In this document: positions 55,250-64,000 of the stretch, piece after piece | How the letters are laid out: every line of letters starts with the position of its first letter | How positions within the stretch are numbered: position 1 is the stretch's first letter | Source: Octopus vulgaris | Taxonomy: Eukaryota | NCBI GenBank assembly: GCA_951406725.2 | Contig: OX597823.1 | Span: forward strand, 54,002,001 to 54,066,000 | Reading direction: 5' to 3' | Length of the DNA stretch: 64,000 nucleotides | Program-made: the position numbers and the translations under genes | Notes under the pieces: generated by a model | Databases searched by the model: none | The model's input: the letters and a program-made list of their open reading frames with translations, nothing else | What the model was told of the DNA's origin: nothing

Positions 55250-57780
55250 CCATACTTAATATCTCGTTTCTCATTGGTTGTTTACGAAGTCTCGCCACGC
55301 GATATCTTGGAGCGCTGAACGCTTTCTCGTCCATTTGCTCCTGGTATTTCAGACGGTAAACTACCGTATAATAATGCGAGCCAAGTGGAGAAAGAAGCGT
55401 ATGAGGAGGTTGAAGCGAAAAAGGCGAAAGATGAGGGCTAGATCGAAGTAGACAGGATCTTCTCAAGCAAATGGGTTAAGCTGATAGCAAAATTATTTTC
55501 AATGTTGGTCAGTATACAAACTCGAAGAACGATGTCTTAAAAAAGATGAAATCCCGACTAGGTCCGCCATCTTGTCTAGTTCAACCATTCCTTCTTGATT
55601 TTCATCCAACGTGTTGATCTGATGTCACTGCTTTCCACGTAAAATCTTCCTGGAACATTTGTTTGAAAAACAACAACAACAACAAAACAACAGACTTTCA
55701 TCAATCAAACCAAACTGTGCATCCCTTCTTCAAAGACTGAAATTTAAACATGGTTTAAAATTTTGTGTTCCTCTTAACCATTTTTGTGAAAGACTTTTTA
55801 ATTCCTATCAACGTTTGTCTATGTCTTTTTGGTGTGTCTTGTTACACTCCATGACAATAAAATTTCTTGTGGGAAAAAAAAAAAAAATGTATTCGTTTAT
55901 TTTTCTGAGTCGTGATATTTCATTATTCAGGTTTGTAATTTTGATTTCTATTTTTCGCTAATTGTAATCGTTGATGTTCTGCATGTTCAAAATCTTGCTC
56001 CCACGTGTTAATGCCTTTTTTTCCAGCGTCATCGTTACCATGTGGTAAGTATTTGCATTTACCAATTTTTATTTTTTTATTTGCTTTAGATTGTTTAAAT
56101 GTTGACTGCATATATATATTTAAATGTTCGTTTTACGCACACATTTTTTTTCCCTTTTGCTAAAATTTATTCATATAAATTCCTACAAAGTTTTCACTAC
56201 GCTAGTTTCCATGTCAGATATAACCGAATATGAACGATTAAGCGAAATTAAAATCTGCACACTTTGGAACACGATTAAATTAAAACTGATTTTTTTATTT
56301 TATGGAAAAAAAAAAAAAATGCGAATTCTGAATCTATTCCAAGAAATTCGAAGACATGAATTATTAAACCTACGCTTAAATGAACTTGTCCTGGTTCTTT
56401 CAAAAGCGATACTGTTTGTGTGCAATTAAAAATTGCATTTGAAATAGATTTGACTACAGTTATTTGCGTTTTAGCACGTCGTATATGTAGCCTTTTTGTT
56501 CGAATTCAGTTGTAGGACTGCAACCAAATAGTTTATGGCCGTGTCTTCCGGAAATCGAAATAGCGACATGAAGGCGCCCTAGCTAAAATTGAACTGGACT
56601 TTGTCCAGCTCCACAACTCTGAACATGGCTAAGTGTAGGATTAACACTTTTCTTCATCTATTTTAAGGACTTAAGGTATTGTTGCGATAACCTATCGATG
56701 AAATTTTTCCCGAAGTGCTATTTGGTGTTAAGAAAAACTGAAAACAATGTAGGTTAAAAGTTAACGGATAATTGGGATATATATGAAAGAAAAAAACTAT
56801 CGGCTATGATAAATGTTCACCAGCATGTGGTGTGGACTTTGAACGGGAATGCCTATATTTTAATGAGTACAGAACACAGCAGCACATTTGGTCCTATATG
56901 GTTGAATCGCACTAATAATAACAACCGTGTTTTACTTCTTGAAGGACGTCTTACAACTTCTCGTGACAATAGATACGAATTCGTGTGCAGATGTGGTAAA
57001 AAGCAAACGATATACTAAACAAGATGACAGGAGATTGTTTAGATAATTACTACCTTTAAAGCATGGACGTTGCATTGTAGGTGAATTGTTCTTCGAGGTA
57101 GCGTTTACTTTTCTTCCGGGTTCTGTAAAACGGTTCGGAGTCGATATAATTGATCTACACTTCAAGAACTCGTGTGGTCGAAAACTTAAGAATCCGCTGA
57201 AAAAAAGTCGATTTTTGCGTGCCAGTGTACTGTTATTAACCTTAGCTTTTCCAAATTTAACATTCCTCGTGCCTTCAGAATAGTTTGTTACGATTAAGAT
57301 TTTTTTTTAATTCTAGAATATTGCATATTTATCAAAGGGTTGCACGTGTCAAAAACACGTGATATTGAAGGAATTGTGTAAGAATTTGTTAGCGTCCCGT
57401 GCATCATTTTGCTGAGGCTTGATGGTGAATATAAATTGCGTGTCATACTTCTAATTAACACCAGTGAGAGCAGTGCACATAACAAAAAAAGATGTCCGAG
57501 AATTGGTCCTTGCGACACCTGTCTATATTCGTGCATGGGTACTACTAGCGAACAGTGGTCCCGGTGCGCGCAGCCGCGCTAGCTAGTCGTAAGTAGTCGA
57601 TCCTACGACTATCTAGCAAAATAAATAATTTTTTGCACCAAGTAAATTACAAAAACACAAAGTAAGGATTGACTGGTCATGATTAGCTGGCGCGACTGCA
57701 CGTGTGCGTGCACCGAGACCACTTAGCTAGTTGTACCCGATCATGTACACGTGTTAATCCAGACCGTTTTTAAAAGCTTT
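55250..57780. promoter_or_regulatory. CpG-retaining island around and downstream of RPL41
   Basis: Visibly high CpG density versus the CpG-depleted background. ATTGG at ~55273, TOP motif at 55322, YY1-like CCGCCATCTT at ~55564, ETS-like CTTCCGG at ~56545 and ~57113. Confidence 0.55.
55374..55451 (+). CDS. RPL41: Ribosomal protein L41 (eL41/eS32), 25 aa, intronless
   Basis: Translates to MRAKWRKKRMRRLKRKRRKMRARSK*. TOP-like CTTTCTC at 55322; AATAAA at 55856-55861. Confidence 0.97.
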   Translation: MRAKWRKKRMRRLKRKRRKMRARSK

Positions 57781-58379
57781 GGTATCTTTTCTGTTTGAAT
57801 GTCAGTTTTTAACAATTTCTAGGTAACTAAAAAATTTTAAACTTCGTATACTGGTAGAATGTGTTTATAAAACATCTTTTTCTCTTGGCTTTGAGAAAAT
57901 TCTATGGTTTGTAAGATATTTGGTCTTTAATTTCTTGCATTTCGGCAATTTCAACCAATCAATGACCGGCTATTGAGGTGATAATATTCTGTGCCGTATG
58001 AATATGTCCTTCGTTTAAGAAGCAGATTGGGTTTATTTACATTTGTGAAGAAAAAAAATACCCTCCCCCCCCCTAACCCTAAAACAGATTGAAATGCAAT
58101 AGATCGATACTAGTGTCATATGAAATTGTCACCCATAATTATGACCCTAGTATCGATCTATTGCATTTCAATCTATTTTAGATTTAGGGTTAGTTAGGGG
58201 TGGTGGATTGGCTGAAATTGAAGAAATTAAAGATCAAATATCTTACAAATTATGGAATTTTCTCAATAAGGCCAAGAGAAAAAGATGTTTTATAAACACA
58301 TTCTACCAGTATACGAAGTGTAAAAAATTTTAAGTTACCTAGAAATTGTTAAAAACTGCCGTTCAAACCGAAAAGATCC
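57781..58379. mobile_element. Foldback MITE, ~600 bp, 7-bp TSD
   Basis: Long inverted arms GG(T)ATCTTTTC...GAAAAGATCC; AAGCTTT on both flanks. Confidence 0.8.
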
Positions 58380-60325
58380 AAGCTTTGTGTGGTCAAGTGT
58401 GAAATGCTACTGACACTTTCCGTTGCCATTAACATATACATATGTACCAATGCAATGATGCTCATTTTGAAGAAAAAATGAATTTAGGAGTTTGATTTTA
58501 ATGTCCGACCAGAGCTGTAGCCAAGGAAAGGCTAATAGTGATAACCAGAGCGAGTTCATAAATAATTCCATGTTTTAACCTCTTAGTTTCAGTGAGAAAC
58601 GTTTTTGCTAACATTCCTTCTAAATTAGCTTACAAGACCCATTGATAGAGGGAGTTATTGAGGCAAGTGTGATAGAAGGATAAAGACAACTTGTAGATAA
58701 GGTGCATAAGCTATTTTAGTTGGACAAAACTGATGATATCCTGACGAATCAAGTATGAGGATCGAAGATCAGGTAAGTTCGCATAAGTGGTGAACACTAG
58801 TTGGTTAGATGTAGAGAATATCGGATGGTGAATATCAGCATGGAGAAGGGTATAGGAATTAGGAGTGTGTCAGGAAGGTACAAAAAGGGTGCTATCAAGA
58901 TGACAGCAGTCCGACTAATGTAAACTACATAAGGGGTGGAGGTGATGAGTAGCATTTTGATAAAGCTGTATAAGAAATGGGAATATGTGTAGGGAGGACG
59001 GATGCTGAGTGACATGCAAAAATGAAACGAGTATGTAGGAGTGGATATAGAGGGGAACAAAGGGCCAATAGAAGATAGTGATCAAAAGTGGTAGTGGATA
59101 ACCGAGTAACATGAGGTGGTTCAAAGGGGAGAAATTGGTAGCATGGGATGGGGTGATGGACAAAATTAAGGGAAAGTTACAGATTTCTCATGGAGAATTA
59201 ATGTACATGGAAATAAGTGAAAAATTCAAGTTAACAATGTCTCAAGGGAAATTTATTAAAATTTGAAACAGTCACGAAGCTTTTATCATAGGTAATAGTC
59301 AAGCTGGTTTATGTAGATGTAAATACCTTGAATATCCACCATTGCAATCTATATTGCTGTTATTGCCATGGGAGAGAACTCATCAACTTTGAGAACTGGT
59401 AAAACGTATGTTAAAACATTTTGATGGAAGTGATATGATTAGCAAAATTACTATATTTCAATTTGAAGGACACATTGGATACTTCTTATCCACTGTTACC
59501 ACACCGTAACAGGATATAGGCCCACTTATCCTAAATGCTGCGGGAGAAGTCATTGTCAAGCAGGTTGCTCAAGAGAAAGGGGCAAATGGGAATGTATGCT
59601 CATGGTTCATGAGTTGCAATTTTCTCATATTTTAAGTAGCTGTTGAAAAGTTGAGATGTCTCCCACAGTTGCTTTCAATTCCATGGTCTCTTAAAAATTG
59701 TTACTTTGGACTGACCCATCAGTACCTAGTGGGTAAAATTGGTTGGCACAAACTGTAAGGTAGTTATTGTGTTGGTCTTCTTTAGCTTAGCACTGTGACA
59801 AATAAAAAGTACCATCATCATGTAAAGTGTTTGGTATTAATAAGGGCATCTAGCTGTAGAAACTATGTCACAGTTCTTTTGCTCACCAGCTCCTTCAAAC
59901 TGTCCAATTCATGAGATGATGAAAAGCAGACATGAAATGATGACAATGGAGTCAGCATTGGCCAAATTTGGAAAATCTGTGACCACAAAAGAGATACAGT
60001 TAAAGGCTTGAGAATTCAAGTTGATAAATTGTTCTGGTTTATTCTATTTTCAATAAACGGGTTTCTTTTCTTCCATCATCAAATCCTGATGAAATTTGAA
60101 GAAATTGTGCAAATTATAAATCCATCTTTATTTTTGTATTGCTGTCTTTACAACATTCAAAATAATATGGATAAACAACTAATATTATTCATATTTGCTG
60201 CAGTAATCACCACAAATCTATTTAGAAATAATTAGTGTGATACTCATTGCTTTGCTGACTGCAAAATGTTAAAAATTTCCATGTAAAATGTTTGTTCATT
60301 TAAAATTCTATCTTTATATATTCAA

Positions 60326-60717
60326 CTAGCAGTATCGTCCGGCGTTGCTCGGGTTTGTAAGGGAAATAACTATATAAGCATTTTTAGAGATGTAAAGTAT
60401 AATAGCCATCTCAATATGGTTAACCACAAAGGGGGGGTGTTACTGTAGCTTTTTACATTCTGAAATTTAATAAATTTTTAGAGAGTTACTTCCCTTATAT
60501 ATGCCAAAAATGCATTAAAAATGGGAAAAATTGATGGTAAATTTTTTTAAAATCGTAGACTCATCGTAGACACGCGCTAATACCCAGAAGGGCTCAATAT
60601 GAATCAGGACTATAAGATACCCGGTTTTGGTTAAACTGCACCGCAAAATGTGGGAGTAGTTAGGAATCTAAATCGTAGGAGACAGACAGCACACAACCTT
60701 ACTTTTATATGTAAAGA
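60326..60717 (-). mobile_element. Non-autonomous Helitron
   Basis: Both ends homologous to the 3247-3761 copy. Confidence 0.8.
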
Positions 60718-62949
60718 TTTAAGTGCAAAGAGTCTGAAAGATTTTTCAAGTTATTTTACCTCTTATAAATTTCAAGAAAATATATTAACTTTCTCAGTGA
60801 AGATCTGATCTTTTAATATCTACTGAAAACAGGTGTTGGACTGGCTGAATTGTTAGCATGCCTAGCAAAATGCATTGCATTATTTTATCAATCTTCATAT
60901 TCTGAGTTCAAATTGTGCCTAGATTGATCTTATCTTTCAGGGTCAGAATAAGCATTGGAGGTCAAATGTAATTGAATTTTCCCCTCCCTGCGATCTTACT
61001 GGCCTTGTGCTAAAGTTTGAAACCAATAATTGTGGTAGATGCTAAATGTCAGGAGGGATTTTTTTAAAAAATAATTTTCTTCATTATAATAACTTATTTC
61101 ACTGAAATATCTTAGCCAGAAAACTTCCTCACACATAAACTGGTAAATATGTTTCAGTGAATTATTTATTCGTTACTTTATAATTTTGTAATTGTATATC
61201 AGCAAATATTTAAGTGAGGAAAATAATGGTTTCAGAATCTGGCTCAAGACCAGCAATTTTAGGGGGAAGGGTAAGTTGATTGCATCACCCCCAGTGTTCA
61301 ACTGGCACTTATTTTATTGATCCCGAAAGTCAACTTTGCCTTTCATAAGAAAGGCTAAGTTGACCGTGGCAGAATTTGAACCCTGAACGTAAAGACAAAC
61401 AAAATGCTGCTAAACCTTATGCTTTCTGCCAGCTTGCTGCCTTAAAGTGGGGAAATAATATATTTACCTCACAAACAGCTGTATTAAGTGTTTTCGTACT
61501 CTTTTACTTGTTTCAGTCATGTGACTGTGGCCATGTTGGAGCACCGCCTTTAGTCGAGTAAATCGACCCCAAGACTTATTCTTTGTAAGTCTAGTACTTA
61601 TTCTATCGGTCTCTTTTGCCGAACCACTAAGTTATGGGGAGATAAACACACCAGCATTGGTTGTCAAGCAATGTTGGGGGGACAAGCACAGACACATACA
61701 TATATATGTACACACATATACGATGGGCTTCTTGCAGCTTCTGTCTACCAAATCCACTCACAAGGCTATAGTAGAAGACACTTGCCCAAGGTGCCATGCA
61801 GTGGGACTGAACCCGGAACCATGTGGTTGGTAAGCAAACTACTTTATTTCAATGATTTTGCCATAAAGGCAATACATAGAGGGGACACTACAAAACATGT
61901 GGGGACATATAACAATTAAAAATATGTAAAAATATAATATGATACTGTGAGTGACATGAAAATGAACATGAGAAAATGAATTAAGGTTATGATAACATGC
62001 ATGATATCTGAAAATAAAAATATGAGCAGATCATCTGGTCACTATCTAATCAACTTAACTTTCCACATCCAATCACACCCTAACTCTTAAGTCCTTGTGC
62101 AAAACTTTGCTCAGAACAGGTCAAGGGTTATTTTTTTCTATACCAACCAACTGAAACTGCCCCTGGTTTTACAATACAAAGTACTTATTTTAAAGTGATC
62201 TAAATTTAAAACCTTATGTCAAAATTTCATATAAATTTATGCTCCAAACACTAGCTTAATATTGAGTTATTTGACTAAATACTGCATTATTCTTAAAATT
62301 GATTGAAACAAAAGCAATATATTTTATAAAAGATATGGTGATGGAAGAGTTGGGCCTTCTTAATAGTGGCTTCACTCAAGTAATCCACTCACAGCTGTAT
62401 TGGCAAAAGAAATACTATCTACAGCAGGTACAAGAAGTCACAAAGAGGGTAGCATTTAATCCCCTGTTGCAGCATCAAGAAAACCACCACCAGGACATCA
62501 AAAGTGCTTTCGCGTATCACTTGACCTAAAAGCCCTGCTAACTTGATAAGGATCTCTTGCAACCTAACAGCATTCTCATATCTACCACTTGACAATCAAT
62601 TTTGATCTGTAAATAACACCTTTGTAGATAAGGCTTTCTCACGCTCAATAAACAAAAACTCAAGCTCTCCTCTCTTAATCACCACATACATACAAATTAA
62701 CTATGGTGATAAACCTCCAGTTGACGAATACGATCAGTCCTAACAGTGTTTCTTCAATTACTCCCAACAAAATATAAATCAAACTCTCTAGTCTTTCTTT
62801 GGAGACTTATCACAAGGAAACACGTTACTGTTTAACTTACTCTCGTGACAACCAATCACAATGGCTCTATCACTCACTTTTAACATTTAAAAAATGGTGA
62901 ATACAGTTAAATAACCACCCCTTTCTATCGCACCAAATCTTTCTTTTCT

Positions 62950-63270
62950 CCTTATGAGAGCTCAAAATCTCTCGTGGAAGCGTCATCTAACCAAAGTACA
63001 AATATATGGGAAATTACCACCTGTATCATCTCTCGTGAAAGGTAGAAGAGTCCAGTTTGCTGGACATTGTTGTAGAGCTGAAAACGAGATAATTTCTCCC
63101 CTGGAAGCCGTCTGCTCGCGATACCAGAGGGCGCACACTCTCCTACCCTGATGTAATCTCCAAGGATACAGGCATCCGGCAACAGGACCTCCGCTATGAT
63201 TGACCGTGAGGTCTGGGGTAACATAGTAAATCCATTGTCTCGACCACGGTCGAACAATGATGATGATTTC
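62950..63270 (+). mobile_element. LINE 3' end (RTE-like)
   Basis: RRVQFAGHC motif, terminal hairpin CGACCACGGTCG and (TGA)n tail. Confidence 0.6.
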
Positions 63271-64000
63271 GTATTTGGAAAAAAACAAACAAACCTATCT
63301 AGACGTATAAAAGAAAACAAAAAAACAATAGTCACTCGAAGTGTTTTCCATCATCGATCTGCTCAATTAGAGCTAACCTGAAGTTAAACAACAACAGTAC
63401 ATTTACTATAGATCGAAATTTACTGGGTAAAATCGTTCGAAACGTTCAGAGAGAAAGAGATCAACCTCCACCGCAAGCTTTCTTCCACTGACGGAAAAAT
63501 AATTCTTTTGAAATGAGTTATTTCCCTTACATAGTGAAACGTTTTCAACCTGAGTTGCTAGATTACGCTACTTATCAGGATTGTGTACTCAGTGGCCCAG
63601 CAACAAAATTTGCTAAGGGGGTGCAAACCCAGGTCCTAATTCTTTTAATGAAAAATGTGGATTTTTCCAATGTTAACATTAAAACAAATGCTGGTATAAT
63701 AATTTTTATTATTATGAGGGTCGGCTGAAATGTTCATAATCTGAGCAAGACACTCTCAATGGAATGTGACCTAATGAAGTTCATTTTCTAACATAGTTCC
63801 TCTTACTGTCCACACACTTCCATTAGTAGTTGCAGTGCTTGGGTCGCACTGGTGAAGAAGCTTTTCTGTTGATCAAAATGGTCATCAACAACAGATAAGC
63901 TGTTCTCATCATAGTGATACTGGTGCTCAGCTGAGTGTTTTTCTATGTTGGGAAACAGATGATAACCAGAAGGAACCAAATCACTAACATAGGGAGCATG

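Noticed and set aside
55544-55607. SECIS-like stem-loop in the RPL41 3' UTR
   Set aside because: A hairpin is possible, but it lacks the apical AA at the correct spacing and there is no in-frame UGA.
63513-63728. 71-aa ORF MSYFPYIVKRFQ...
   Set aside because: No recognisable homology or splice support; it runs into a mariner-like MITE at ~63714.

Overview
AT-rich, microsatellite- and transposon-dense animal genomic DNA. It is probably a coleoid cephalopod (Octopus-like); this is inferred from the SINE/RTE/Helitron repertoire, not proven. Four host genes can be built by hand with canonical splice sites: (1) the first two coding exons of NUP133 (minus strand, continues beyond the window start); (2) a complete six-coding-exon SLC16/MCT-family MFS transporter (minus, 683 aa) with an unusually long N-terminal tail; (3) ABT1/ESF2 (plus, 3 exons, 251 aa); (4) an intronless 25-aa RPL41 (plus) that the ORF track misses. 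The rest is SINEs, 5'-truncated RTE/CR1/R4 LINE pieces, Tc1/mariner relics, MITEs, non-autonomous Helitrons and a solo LTR. The most unusual signal is a set of zero-spacer palindromic insertions carrying hammerhead-ribozyme cores near their outer ends (14.6-15.1 kb with a 12-bp TSD and a tRNA-like head; 34.2-35.5 kb). Further hammerhead relics occur elsewhere. Together these suggest non-autonomous elements mobilised by Penelope-like retroelements. Most ORFs in the supplied track are microsatellite or repeat artefacts.
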